The notes beneath the pieces were generated by a model that searched no databases, was not told where the DNA came from, and was given only the letters and a program-made list of their open reading frames with translations. A stretch of DNA of 63,474 nucleotides, counting the filler, from Octopus bimaculoides (Eukaryota), in assembly GCF_001194135.2 (NCBI RefSeq). It is 5 parts of 4 records of this genome, joined end to end, with 100 filler letters (N's around TTAATTAATTAA, not from the genome) between each part and the next. Parts side by side here need not be neighbours in the genome. Positions count along the whole stretch, not along the records: positions 1 to 27,557 come from NC_068984.1; 4 more parts are not named here. One strand, 5' to 3'. Each line of letters begins with the position of its first letter. Position 1 is the stretch's first letter. Of this stretch, positions 1-12,805 are shown in pieces. The translations under genes and the position numbers were made by a program.

Positions 1-304
1 ACGGCATACATTACGACTATAAAGTAATTTGTGGGGAAAATCTTGAGGTGGGAGAGAACATTCGGAAAATTCCCAAGATCCGAATTTTTCCTCGTTATAT
101 TCCGAAATCACATAGAACTTTCTACGGATACCCTAGCATAGTACTACTACACTGCGTAGTGTTTATTTCCACCCACTATATATATATATATATATACAGT
201 TATGAGGGAAAAACGTGGATCTTGTGAATTTTACAAAGTCCTCTCCCCACCCCCTTGGAAAAGATTTTCCCCACAAATTTCTTTATAATCGTAATGTATG
301 TCGT
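1..304. mobile_element. MITE-like non-autonomous DNA transposon with long terminal inverted repeats
   Basis: 1-44 (acggcatacattacgactataaagtaatttgtggggaaaatctt) matches the reverse complement of 261-304 (acgacatacattacgattataaagaaatttgtggggaaaatctt); weaker inverted similarity continues inward to ~95 bp; no ORF. Confidence 0.8.
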
Positions 305-624
305 TTGAAAGGTTATTTCTATAAAATTTCATTGAAAAAACCCCATGTTGGCATGGGTTGAATGGTTTGACGAAAGCTGAGAGCTGCACCAAGTTCTATT
401 CTCATTTGGCTTGCTTTCTACAGCTGGTAGCTTAGTTTGTATGGCTGGTCACTACAATTGTGAAATAAAGTTTAGTCAGCTCCAATTTATCGATTCTGGA
501 AAGATGAAATGCTGAGTGGACTTTGAGATTTTGAATAACTAAATGCTGCCCTTTTGCTATATTACATAAAGAGAATATAAACGATTTGTTAAACTCCTTA
601 ATGTTATTAATATTATCAATACTA

Positions 625-1012
625 GAAGGATGAAAAGCAAATTCAACTATGGCGGGATTTGAACTCAGAGTAAATGGATATAAATAAATGCCTCAGATTC
701 AGCAGTGCTGCTGTCATTCACTTTCATAATGGTTGTTTCTAACATGAGCATAAGGCCAGAAATTTGGGGAAAAGGGCTAATTGATTAAATTGACTCCAGT
801 ACTTGACTAGTTCTCTGTTTTATCATCCCTTGAATGATAAAAGACAAAATTGACCCTGGCAAGATTTGAACTCAGAATGTAAAGAGCTGTAACTAAATAC
901 TGCAAGGCATTTTCCCCTGATGCTAACAATTCTACCATTTCATTTTATCAGCTCTGAGGAACAATGAAGGACAAAACCATCTTAGATAGGATTTGAACTT
1001 AGAATGTAAAAA
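625..1012 (-). repeat. Cluster of degraded tRNA-derived SINE fragments
   Basis: Three copies of the motif ...gatttgaactcagaatgtaaa (reverse B-box ctgagttcaaat) at ~660, ~870 and ~995, same family as 10032-10257. Confidence 0.55.
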
Positions 1013-1239
1013 ATGTAATACTATATCCATAGTATCAAGTTGGATAGTAAAATATTTACTGTCTTTGAAGAAATTGCTTGTTCTCTTACATTTTCTACTA
1101 AGGTGCAAATTTTTTTTTTCACAACTGCTGCAGACAAATGCAATGAACTCGCAGTTTCTGTCATTTTTATAACTTCAGTTTTGATCAAAATATACAACTC
1201 TTTGCTGCTTAAAAGAATTTCCTCTCAGATTGATTCCAT

Positions 1240-2260
1240 CATAAAATGGAGCTAAAAGGTCTTCCACAAGAGCAGATTAACACTGCCACAGATCTTTGCC
1301 CTTAAAAGACTTATTGAAGAACTCAGAATATTCTGAGTAAAGTATCAGTTGTATTTGTGGATTTTTCCAAGGCATTTGATTGTGTCAACAGAAAGCCATG
1401 TTACATATCCTGTTGAAACTATGGTATCCCAAATAGAGATTGTTAAAGCCATCACTTTCATGTATGAAAATCATCAAACTTTATACTGAGCACAGACAAG
1501 TTCAAAGAAAGAGTTTTCAACAGCAGTAAATATTCATCAGGGAAATGCCCAAACTCTTTTTCTTTTTGGGCTACATCCTTAGGTAAAGTCTTTACCCCAT
1601 CCAAGACAACAGCATCACCTCAAGCAAGAAACAATCAAGACATTAGCAGTGTGCATCAGTCTGACCCTTACTATAGTGATGATCTTATCCTTACAGCTCA
1701 TCAACTGTGTGATGTGCAAGATCTGTTAATGTGTTGCAACCAAAGTTAGTCAGTTTCTCAATGCAAAAAAGACTGAATGCATGACTGTTATTGAAAGTAA
1801 GTGTCAGTTTGCTCAACAATGGCACACTGCAAAGAAATAAATGACTTCAAGTACCTTGGGTCCTGCATTGTTGACAGTAAAAACCTGTAATAAGCTTTAA
1901 AATATCTGGCAATGAACTTTCGAAGTCAATAAGGCTTGTCTTCTTCAAGGCATGTGTTGAGAAAATTGTTCTCTATGGAGCTGTAAACTGAACTATTAAG
2001 GAGGAACTTTAACATCACGAACATGATACATACACCATGCTGCTTAAAATATCTCATGGCATGAGCACAGGGGAAATTTATGGACAACAGGTCATATTGG
2101 ATGTTATATTTTAGAAACTTTTGCGCCCTAATAAAGGATGAAGACCACCCAACTACATTAATATAATTGATAGTTTAGACATATGAAACTGAAGATCTAT
2201 TAAAGTAAATGGGAGACAGAGGTTCCTGGCACAGCACTGTGAGAAGCATCATGATTGCAG
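1240..2260 (+). mobile_element. Heavily degraded non-LTR retrotransposon RT fragment
   Basis: Frameshifted translation gives RT motif VFVDFSKAFDCVNRK (~1350-1395) plus YSDDLIL-like and FKYLGS-like motifs; many stops. Confidence 0.65.
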
Positions 2261-2339
2261 CTACTTGAAGAAGAATTATTTAAATCTAAATATTGATAAT
2301 TACGCAGGTTTTTAAAGTTCTGAACAAAATGCATTGAGG

Positions 2340-2480
2340 TATTTCTTCTGACTCTTTACGTTCTGAGTTCAAATCTTGGTGTGAGGCAAACTTCACCTTT
2401 TATCACCCCAGGTTGATAAAATAAAGTACCAATGAGGTACTGAAGTGGAAGGTATCAATTAAATCCCTCCTTTGACCAGT
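2340..2480 (+). repeat. SINE fragment (same family as 10032-10257)
   Basis: ttacgttctgagttcaaat...ttttatcaccccaggttgataaaataaagtacc central domain. Confidence 0.55.
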
Positions 2481-2869
2481 TTTCTTTTTCTTTTCTTTTT
2501 TTCTGCACTATGCACTTAAAACAATGAGAGAAGCCTTTTTGGTAAAAAAAAAAAAGATTGAAGATATTTGCAAATGAAAAACTGATTTAAGGAGATTTAG
2601 CTGGTTTTCTAGTACATCCCACGACCACTTGGTACCTTTCTCAGAATTTCATGTTGACCTAGATTAAAAAACAAACAAAATGTGAAAACTAATTCCGTGC
2701 TTTAGCATTAAAAACATAAATTAAAGGCATTAAAAACATCTGTAACTTACAGCAAATTCATTAGTAGGAGAGAGAGAAATAAAAAACCCAAAACAAATCA
2801 GCACTATTTGTGAACATGTAAACACTTCCACAAATTATTTGTATTCAGAAAGGAAGCAAAAAATTCATC

Positions 2870-5080
2870 ACAGGCTACCTCAAAAACGAGTGGTAATGAC
2901 CTCATCTTTGCAACGCAACTGGAGATTTTAATGGGCATTTTGGGCAGCAATCCGGTATCTTCACTGGTGTACACAGGGTCCATGGTATTGGTTCCTGAAA
3001 CGACGAGGGAACTAGGCTACTGGAGTTCTGTGGTGCATGTAACCTTTTAATCTGCAACACTAATTTCAAGAAACCAGACAGCCATCTGATAACCTATCAA
3101 TCAGGCGACTCTGCTAGCCAGATTGATTTCCTCAGCAGACAGCGGGATGCAGAGTTGCTCTTAAATACAAAAACCCTCCCAGGTGAAGAATGTACCCCTC
3201 AGCATAGGCTAGTCATTAGTGACTTTAGGCTCAAGGCCAGAAGGCTACCAAGAAGCAGACCAATCCAAAAAAGGAGGATTTGGAAGCTAAAGCACTCTTC
3301 AGATAGTCAGAGATTTAGGAAGAAATTTGATGAGAGGGAGGAGGAGCTACAGACATCAAACATAGAAGGTAGCTGGAAATTCCTATGGGACAGCTTGCTG
3401 AGTGCCACAGACCAAGTCTGTGGATGGTGCAAAGTCCCTTCCAGACCTAGAGTTACGTAGTGGTGGAATAGTATGGTAGACAAAGCCATTAGAGCAAAGA
3501 AACAGGTCTGGAAAGCCTGGAAGGGTGGGGGTAGCAGGTAACTGTACCAGGTAGCCAAAAGGGAGGCTGGGTGGCAGGTATATATAGCCAAAGGCGAAGC
3601 AGAAAAGAAGTTTGCCAATGTCCAGCAACATGAGGACCAAAGAACTGAGGTATTTCGGATTGCAAGACAGTGTGTGAGAGAAAATTGTGATGTTACAGGA
3701 GAGAAATGTGTTCGCATGGATGATGGTGCACTTGCTTTTAATGATTCAGAAAAGAAAGAGGATTGGAGAAGCCATTATGAAAGACTGCTGAACGTGGAGA
3801 ATGAATGGGAGGAGGAGTGCCTGCGAAATGTTGACCCAGTAGAGGAACCAGCTATCCAAATAGACAGCTCCCTTATAGATAAAGCAATTAAGGGTATGAA
3901 ACCAGGAAAAGCCCCCGGCCCATCAGGAATCACTGCTGAGATGCTTAAAACATCTGGTGGTGTAGGCTAAGGCCTAGTCACCTGCATTGTAAACCAGGCA
4001 GTTCATGATGGAGTCAGACCCAATGACTGGCGTAGCAGCACCATAGTCAACTGCTACAAGGGTAAAGGTGATGCTCTAGTTAGAAATAACTACAGGGGTA
4101 TCAAAACTGCTGGATCAGGTGATGAAGGTCATGGAGAGGGTCATAGCCCATCTCATTAGGGAGAGGGTCTGTTTAGATGAGATGCAGTTCAGTTTTGTGC
4201 CAAGTAGAAGTACCACTGATGCCATATTCCTGGTTTGACAACTGCAGGAGAAATACCTAGCTAAAGATAAACCCCTATACTTAGCTTTTGTGGACTTGGA
4301 GAAAGCCTTTGACTGGGTCCCCCGATCCCTTATCTGGTGGGCCATAAGGAAACTGGAGATTGATGAATGGTTAATAAGGGCTTTACAACCCCTATACAGA
4401 GAGGCCGTTAGTAAAGTTAGGATTGGCAATGAGTATAGTAAAGAATTCCAGGTAGAAGTAGGGATCCACCAAGGTTCAGCCCTCAGTCCCCTTTTATTCA
4501 TCATAGTCCTCCAGGCAATAACAGATGAATTCATGATGGGTTGCCACTGGGAGCTCCTCTATGCTGATGACCTGGCCCTCATAGCAGAATCACTAACAGA
4601 ACTAGAAAAGAAATTTTGGGTGTGGAAGCAAGGTTTAGAATCAAAAGGCCTTAGAGTCAATGTAGCAAAGACCAAAGTTCTAGTAAGTAGAAAGGCGAAC
4701 ACATCACACGCTCCCTCGGGTAGGTGGCCCTGCTCGATGTGTAGAAAAGGTGTAGGTAGAAACTCCATAAGATGTACCCAGTGTAAGCTATGAACACATA
4801 AGAGGTGCAGCAACATCAAAGGAAGATTAACCTAGAAGATAGCACAGGGGCAGGCACCAACCAATCGTGGCCATTGCCAGCCTCCTCTGGCCCCTGTGCT
4901 GGTAGCACGTAAAAAGCACCCACTACACTCAGAGAATAGTTGGCATAAGGAAGGGCATCCAGCTGTAGAAACCATGCCAGATCAGACTGGAGCCTGGTGC
5001 AGCCTCCTAGCTTCCCAGACCCCGGTCAAACCGGCCAACCCATGCTAGCATGGAAAACGGATGTTAAATGATGATGATGA
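2870..5080 (+). mobile_element. RTE-clade LINE, 5'-truncated pseudogene copy (end of APE endonuclease, RT, Cys-rich domain, 3' UTR, (TGA)n tail)
   Basis: EN-end motif QHRLVISDF; KAPGPSGITAEMLK; RT motifs DLEKAFDWVPR, QGSALSPLLF, LLYADDLAL; WPCSMCRKGVGRNSIRCTQCK; ends aaatgatgatgatga; stops, frameshifts and an internal deletion before the 3' UTR. Confidence 0.92.
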
Positions 5081-5431
5081 TTGTCTCCAAAATAATATTC
5101 ATTGAACATGTTGCCTTGGGTTCAGTTCCACTGTGTGGCATGTTGGGCAGTTTTCTTTCTTCTTTCATTATATCTCTGTGCCAACCAAAGCCTTGTGTAT
5201 TATATAATTGCCATTACTGTATTTATATATAAAATAACACATACAACTCATTTATTATTGTCATATTATAAACAAACAGAAGTTCATTTACGAAATTGAT
5301 CTTTTTTCTACTTCAATTATTACATGTTCTTTTTCTTATAAAATACACACATCTATATATATAATAACACTTTGAATGTAGCTCCCGAGAAAGAGTAAAA
5401 GTAATTACCCATCAATGACAGGTATTACTGC

Positions 5432-5890
5432 TATCATCATCATCATCATCATCGTTTAACGTCCGCTTTCCATGCTAGCATGGGTTGGACGATTTGACTG
5501 AGGACTGGTGAAACCGGATGGCAACACCAGGCTCCAGTCTGATTTGGCAGAGTTTCTACAGCTGGATGACCTTCCTAACGCCAACCACTCAGAGAGTGTA
5601 GTGGGTGCTTTTACGTGTCACCTGCACGAAAACGGCCACGCTCGAAATGGTGTCTTTTATGTGCCACCCTCACAAGCCAGTCCAGGGGCACTGGCAACGA
5701 TCTCGCTCGAAAATCCTACAGGAGCCAGTCAGGCGGTACTGGCAACGGCCACGCTCAAAATGGTGCATCTCATGTGCCACCCGCACAAGAACCAGTCCAG
5801 GGGCACTTGCAACGATCTTACTTGGCTTGCCGGGTCTTCTCACGCACAGCACATTTCCAAAGGTCTCGGTCAGTAGTCATCGCCTCAGTA
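5432..5890 (-). mobile_element. 3' end of the same RTE family (last codons, 3' UTR with an internal ~113-bp duplication, (TGA)n tail)
   Basis: Reverse complement resembles 4885-5080; 5' end reads TEAMTTDRDLWKCAVREKTR, like the RTE ORF end at ~9550-9610. Confidence 0.85.
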
Positions 5891-7069
5891 GCCATCGCTA
5901 TATATACAATAAAAGTATGCAGAAAACATATCAGCACATAAAAATAAAAATACCTCTTAAATTCATGATTTAATAAACATGACTTGAAAAAGTATCTCTT
6001 ATGTCATATACATTACTTCTCAAATTTTTAATTTTATCCCATCTGAGGTAATTTATCCCTGTTACCTGATCCTTGCTATAGAAGAACTCTAAAATTGTAG
6101 GAATTTAATTGTCAGTTGTGGATTTATTTTTTTTCAATGGCAACTGCTATAGTGAATCTAAGTCAATATATTGAAGATATTGTCCTTGAATGTCTCACAA
6201 TGAAATGCTACCACTATAATTTATCTAAGATACATCAAAACAGGGGAGACTCTGTGGTCCTTTGACCTACTAGAAATATCAGTCAAGTCTCTCTTAAATT
6301 ATGCCCCATCATCTTAAAAATGTTATCTAAAAATGCATTGGATAATGTATTAGATACGTGATGTCTAAAAACAATGAAGAACGACAGAAGGCTCTTAATT
6401 ATATATCTTCTCAATCAAGGGAGACTGGGAGATAAACAATAACAACAATGTCAGATACATCATTTGTGTAACTTAATAAACTGGAGCTGACAAGTTAGGC
6501 ATAATGGATAACACTTCTCATTTCTTATGTGAATGGTCAGTGAACTTGTATAATTGTTAGTTTTGGGCAGAATGCCTTGCAGTATTTTTTATGGCTCTTA
6601 ATGAATTAAAGGTCAACTTTGCTTGCATCCTTTTATGGTCAATAAAATAAAGTACCAGTCTGAGGCTAGTCTGATTGACTAAACCCTCAAAATTACTGGC
6701 CTCATGTTTAATTAGAAACCATTTGCTGTACGATTGACATTCACTCTTCACTTTAGATTAATAAAAGTGAAGTTGAAGGACTCCTTTGTGTCATATAAGG
6801 ACATGCATCTTTGCAGTAGAAATAAAGTTTATTATTTTCCATTTAATATGCCACAAACACTCAACCAAGTTATTTCTTGTTTCAAAGTTCTAAGAAGAAA
6901 GAAGCAAGGTTTCCTAAATATTCATTTGAATAGTAGATTAACAGTGTGAAATGTAGAATTACAAGTAACAATATAGGATTGTTTTAAACTTGACTGTTTT
7001 TCAAATTCACTATTTATCAATGACCTATCATTGGCTATTTGATCTCCAAGATATATTTTCTTTAAACAG

Positions 7070-7250
7070 GGCTCATGTATATATCACAGACTTGGACAGT
7101 TATGTGCCACTAATGCAAGAAAACATTAATGTAAATAAGGAACATACCACTGGTGAAATTGAAGCCAAAACTCTTAACTGGGAGAGCTCTAATTTCTTGT
7201 GTCCAGGATTAGATTATATCCTTGTCTCTGACTGTATATACTATTCTCAA
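7070..7250 (+). CDS. VCPKMT: Internal exon of a VCP lysine methyltransferase (METTL21D/VCPKMT)-like gene
   Basis: tttctttaaacag acceptor, gtaagt donor; encodes AHVYITDLDSYVPLMQENINVNKEHTTGEIEAKTLNWESSNFLCPGLDYILVSDCIYYSQ, with METTL21-family VTDL, NIxxN, LxW and DCIY motifs. Confidence 0.92.
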
Positions 7251-8569
7251 GTAAGTACTGTTTAGTAATTATTCTTCTTTCTAAATTGTTTATTCATTTT
7301 TGTAGAAGATTTTATAATGAAAGTTTCTGCTATATGTTCTGTTTAGCAAAACAGATATGTTTCTGCAGTTTGTAGAGGTCATTTTGGCTATTGAAAATAT
7401 ATTACATATTTATGATTTGTTCATAAATATAAAATGTAAATTAGATTCTATTTACTTGAGAAACTGTTTCACTGATCTCCCTTTGCTTGTTTGCAATAAT
7501 AGTGTACATGTAGAGGGAAACAACTACATTTTATGAGTTGGGGAAGCAACTTATTTTGAAATGAAACTTAACCTTTGAAACAGGTATATGACTATTGGCA
7601 ACTCCACCAAAATCCATGAAAAATCAAATTTATTTAAAAGAGATCAGATCATGGATATCTACAAAATGCTTTAGTACAACTTGAAGAAAGGCATCGACTT
7701 TACTGCATACTATTCACTTAGAAGCAAGGAACACATCAGCACACAGATTTTTCACTTCAGCTCACTATACAAGACTCAAACTGGAACTTTTCACTTTAAA
7801 TCTAGGTGCTAGATTTTATGATCTTTAATAGCCATCTGTTGATTGGTCAACAATACATGGCCCATCGCTAAAGGAGTGCACTTGACGGCATTGCTTCCTC
7901 CGTATTCAATGGTGCACCCTCACATTTATTTGGAAACTCCACTTTAGCATTATTAGAAATTAGTGGCCACCCAGAATATTAAAAGTTCATAAAATGGAAT
8001 GTGAATTTTTTTTATTTACTCTTTGCTCAGATCACTAGTATATTCAGGCTATCACTAGTTTACTCAGATTCTACTGTTTCATTTTTTGATTTTGCTTAAA
8101 TTATTTCAATACATTCTATAAATAAAATGTAAGTAATATTTTACAATTTTAGTCCTTAACTTAGATTTAAAAAAATTAAAATAAAGGCAACAACTTAACA
8201 TTTTAGGGGGAAAAGAGCAATGCTCTTTGAAAGGAAGCTTAATCTTTGAGACAAGTATATGACGACTGGCAGGATCAACCAGGTATCATTGTCATTATCA
8301 CATCTTCAGTGATCTTCAGCTGATTTCATATTATATCTTTCATGGCATTGATGTATGGGAGCAGTTTAAAGAAGGTTCAAGTACAATTTGTGATGGTGGC
8401 CTCTTTTTTATGAAGGTCTCAGATTAAAGTCACTTAATATGATAATAGTTAAAGAAAGAGGAGTAGTGCAACCATCATTGATTTAGAAGATCACAGAATC
8501 TTTTAGTTTATGCTATTTGTAAGTTTTTTGTTTTTTGTTTAATTGCCTTTTTTTGTGGCATTTATAAAG

Positions 8570-11012
8570 GTACTGCTGTGCCAGGGATTAGTACAGTGAT
8601 GAGTTTCGTGTACAAGCTGGAGTTCTTAGTCCATTCTTATTCATCATAGTTCTCCAGGTCATAACAGGAATTCAAAACTGGATATCCATGGGAACTGCTA
8701 TATGCTGATGATCTTGCTCTTATTGCAGAATCTGAAGCAGAATTGGAGAAGATGTTCTGGATTTGGAAGCAAAACCTGAAATCAAAGGGCCTTAAAGTTA
8801 ACTTAGCAAAGACTAAAGTTGCTGTTAGCAAGAAAGCAAATAAGACTCTCTTTCCATCAGGTAAATGGCCCTGTCACTATGTAGGAGAGGAGTAGGATGT
8901 AATTCTATTTGTTGCACTAAGTGTAAGCTATGGATGCTTAAAAGATGCAGTGGAATTGCAGGTAGGTTAACAGATAAGGTTGCTTTTATGTGTGGCAGAT
9001 GTGCAGGAACAGTAAGCACTAAGAGCATGAGAGACTTAGACTCTCTCAAATGCCCAGGAGGTTCTCTTGAGGTAGTAGATAGTTTCTGCTATTTAAATGA
9101 CCAAATTAGTAATGCTGGTGGATGCTCTGAAAGAATATGATGGAGGAAGTTCAGAGAGTTAACTCCTCTGTTGGCAACAAAAGAACTCTCTCTCAGAGTG
9201 AAAGGTAGATTATATGATGCTTGTGTGAGAATGGCTATATTACATGGTAGTGAGACACGGGCTCTGACTGGAGAGGAATGAAGATAGTATGATCTGTTGG
9301 ATTTTCAACATCAGTGTGCATGACCAACAAAGCACAGCTGTGTTGAGAGAAAAGTTACACACAAGGGGGATTAAATGTGGCATATAGGAGAGGAGAATGT
9401 GTTGGTTTAGACATGTGATGCATGTGAGTAAAGACAGCTGTATACAGAAGTGTCTGTCACTGAAAGTGGATGGTACCTGTGGAAGAGGGAGACCCAGGAA
9501 GACATGGGATGAGGTGATGAGGACTATTCTTAGGAAGTTCGGACTCACAGAGGAAATGACTATAGACCAAGATGTTTGCTGATATGCGGTTCTAGAGAAG
9601 ACCTGCCCATGGCAGTAAAACTTAGAGTTAGAAGCGTTGTGTCCCACTCACATGTATCAACAAACTTTTCACACACCCTACCCCAAGAGATCTACATCTC
9701 TTCTAAACTGCATCTTTCTCTTCCTCACATTTCCTATTCATAAACTATGATTGTCTTCCAATCCCCTTTCCTGCCCTCACTGCCCTGCTCACTGTATCGC
9801 TGCTTTCTCCCACCACCACCACCACCCCAATTTTGTACTCAGGTTTTCACCAGTCACTGCAATCCTACTTGCACCTTCTTGGCAATACCTGACTGCATAT
9901 ATTACAACCGTCATACCTCTCTCTTCCTTACTCTACCATCACATCTGTGCTCTGATCCTAGTTAGTTGTGAGTATACCTTGTACTTCATCTCTCTTCTGT
10001 TCTCTGTTACACTTTTGCTGTTTCCTATTCTTATTTTTTTATTGCCCACAAGGGGCTAAACAGAGGAGACAAACAAGGACAGACAAAGGGATTAAGTCGA
10101 TTACATAGACCCCAATACGTAACTGGTACTTATTTAATCAACCCTGAAAAGATGAAAGGCTAAGTTGACCTTGGCGGAATTTGAACTCAGAATGTAGTGG
10201 CAGACAAAATATGACTAAGCATTTTGCCTGGCATTCTAACGTTTCTGCCAGTTTGCCGCTGTTTCCTATTCTATTTCTCTCTTTGCCTTGCTCTTCCCTC
10301 TGGCTGAGTAGCCATGTATCTCCCCTACAACAGCACACATATTTCTGCCCTCATTCTTGATCATTCTTTCACTTCTCTTGTTTTCCCTCTGACTAAGTAA
10401 CCAAGTATCTCCTTTACATCAGCACACCTATTTCTGTCCTTTTTCTTGTACTTCTCTCTCTCTCTCTTCCTCTCCCTCTCTTTTCTTTCTATCTTTCATT
10501 GGGTAACCATGTACCTCCTTTATAGTAAGACGTCTCTTTATTTCTCTGTCACACTCTAACCTTTTATCATTTTATACCTGATCACCTCCTCCAATGCCCC
10601 CTCCATTATAGCAAGACACCTGTTTCTGTCTCTCTTTCACACTTTAACCTTTCATCTTCTGGCACAAGTTCCCCTCCTCAAATTCCACTCCTCCTCTCAT
10701 AATTCCTTATCTTGCAAATTACTTGGTGACCCTGTTAGTGCTGGTGCCATGTAAAAAGCACCCAGTCCACACTGTAAAGTGGAAGGGCATCCAGCTGTAA
10801 AAATCGTTCCAAAGCTAACCTTAACTCTGCTAGTGCCACGTAAAAAGCACTGAGTCCACTCTGCAGTGTGGTTGGTGTTAGGAAGGGCATTTAGCCGTAA
10901 AAACCATGCCAAAACAGACACAGTAGCTTAGGGTAGTTGTCTACCTGGCTGGGTCCTTTCAACTGTCCTATCCATGCATGCATGGAAGATGGACATGAAA
11001 TGATGATGATGA
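8570..11012 (+). mobile_element. RTE-clade LINE, 5'-truncated, with long 3' UTR and (TGA)n tail, inside a VCPKMT intron
   Basis: WELLYADDLAL, GLKVNLAKTK, CTKCKLWMLKRC, RLCWFRHVMH, GRGRPRKTW motifs; 3' UTR motif gtaaaaagcacc...aagggcatccagctgt and atgatgatgat tail; interrupted by a SINE. Confidence 0.85.
10032..10257 (-). mobile_element. tRNA-derived SINE with 15-bp target-site duplication
   Basis: gctgtttcctattct at 10017-10031 and 10258-10272; minus strand has ggcggcaaactggcag head, ctgagttcaaattcc B-box and gccttcatc...gtaccag-type central domain. Confidence 0.85.
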
Positions 11013-11249
11013 TATGCACATTATCGTTGGTTAAGCAGTTAATGTCCTCCTTATGCAAATGAATGCCTTCATCATTTCAATGATTATTTCAGAAGAATAT
11101 AATTTCAGTCAGTTAACTATCAATTGATACACAAGATTAGTTCCAATATCATTACTTATCCAGAGTAATTGGTATCTAAGATCAGTTTGGTCAACGTATG
11201 TATCCTCTTCTTGTATATAATCAATCAACTCACTTATATTCTGATATCT

Positions 11250-11458
11250 CTCTTTTACTTGTTTCAGTCATTTGACTGTGGCCATGCTGGAGCACCGACT
11301 TTAGTCGAGCAAATCGACCCCAGAACTTATTCTTTGGATGCCTAGTACTTATTCTATCAGTCCCTTTTGCTGAACCGCTAAGTTACGGGGACCTAAACAC
11401 ACCACCATCGGTTGTCAAGCGATGTTGGGGGGACACAGACGCACAAACATATACACTT

Positions 11459-11518
<60 letters not shown>

Positions 11519-11655
11519 GTATATATGTATACGATGGGCTTCTTTCAGTTTCCGTCTACCAAATCCACTCACAAGGCTTTGGTCGGCCCGAGGCTATAGT
11601 AGAAGACACTTGCCCAAGGTACCATGCAGTGGGAATGAACCCGGAACCATGCTAG
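11250..11655 (-). mobile_element. Abundant tRNA-derived SINE with internal (CA)n
   Basis: Closely similar to the copy at 60772-61160; tRNA-like head (ggttccgggttcattcccac) on the minus strand. Confidence 0.85.
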
Positions 11656-11921
11656 TTTTTTTTATTAACTTTCCCTATCATTCTTGTATTATTGTTAGCT
11701 AATCCAGCTCGATGGAAAGAATGTTATTAATGCAGCAGTATAGCCATTAGATCATAGCAGATGTGAGATTAATATTGTTAAATTAAAGCAAATATATAGA
11801 TTTATTGTTAAAAAAGTAAAAAGAAAATTGTATTTAAACAGTTAGAATTTCAGAAGTATTTACACCATCACAACTTTTCCTTTTTTACTGACTTCCTTAT
11901 GTTATCCGTGTTTAATTCCAG

Positions 11922-12041
11922 TCTGTAAAACCTCTTGTTAATACCATTACTCGCTTGAGTGAGCCGAAAACTGTTGTGTTGTGTAGTTATGAAGAAAGAA
12001 CAACAGGAAAATATCCAGAACTTCAACGTGACTTCTTTAAG
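11922..12041 (+). CDS. VCPKMT: VCPKMT-like exon (120 bp, phase 0/0)
   Basis: tttaattccag acceptor, gtgagt donor; SVKPLVNTITRLSEPKTVVLCSYEERTTGKYPELQRDFFK resembles METTL21D SLEPLLKTL...CCYEQRTMGKNPE; in frame with the previous exon. Confidence 0.92.
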
Positions 12042-12174
12042 GTGAGTTAGTTATTATAAGGAAATTTGTTTTCTAAAAATTCATGTTAAATCATCCTGCT
12101 GTGTACTGAGTATGTATATTCAATGTTTGCTATTATACTGTCCAATCTTATATGAAGTGTGCTTCATACTTTTA

Positions 12175-12360
12175 TGAAGGTAATGGCTTAATAGTAAAGG
12201 TATTAGGCTCACAATCCTGAAATTTTGGGTTTGATTCCCAGATCAAGTGGCACATTGCCTCCTTGAGCAAGGCACTTCATTTCACAGTGTTCCAGTGTCT
12301 ACTCAGTTGCCAATGAGTAGTAGTCCAGTGTTGGTGCAACCTCCTATCCTGCTAATTGTC
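12175..12360 (+). mobile_element. Degraded tRNA-derived SINE
   Basis: A-box-like tggcttaatag, B-box-like gggtttgattcc, followed by ccttgagcaaggcacttcat. Confidence 0.6.
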
Positions 12361-12694
12361 ATACTTTGGATGTGTTGCTGGGTCCAGCATGAAAAGGCTC
12401 AGTGGGTATCTTATGTCTCATTGTGAATGACAGATGTTTTGTTTTTATAAGAACTTTTGACAGTTCATCCTGTAAAATTTGATCTAATAATATTCAGCAT
12501 GTAATAATAATCTCCATATTATGTATACATATGAGACTGAAATATGTTGAGTTCTTTGGTAATGAAGCAGTATAACAATACTAAGTTGAGACAGACAAAA
12601 ATGTAGATCCCTGACAATAATTTATTTGGTGTTTAACATTACAAAGGTTTTGAAGAAAAGAAAAATTCTTTCATTTCTGATTTTTGTTTTTCAG

Positions 12695-12805
12695 TTGATG
12701 GAAGCAAACTTTAATGTTGAAGAAATTCCCAGAAGCCATCAAGATGATTGCTATCACAGCTCTGATATTCATATAATGAGATTCATAAAGAAAGCTAAAT
12801 ACTAA
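12695..12805 (+). CDS. VCPKMT: VCPKMT-like terminal coding exon
   Basis: tttttgtttttcag acceptor; LMEANFNVEEIPRSHQDDCYHSSDIHIMRFIKKAKY* resembles the METTL21D C-terminus (IPxxxHDxxYxSxDIHI). Confidence 0.92.
   Translation: MMEANFNVEEIPRSHQDDCYHSSDIHIMRFIKKAKY

Noticed and set aside
7528-8270. Diverged ~70-bp direct repeat (7528-7600 and 8201-8270)
   Set aside because: Low identity and no element structure; probably two old repeat fragments
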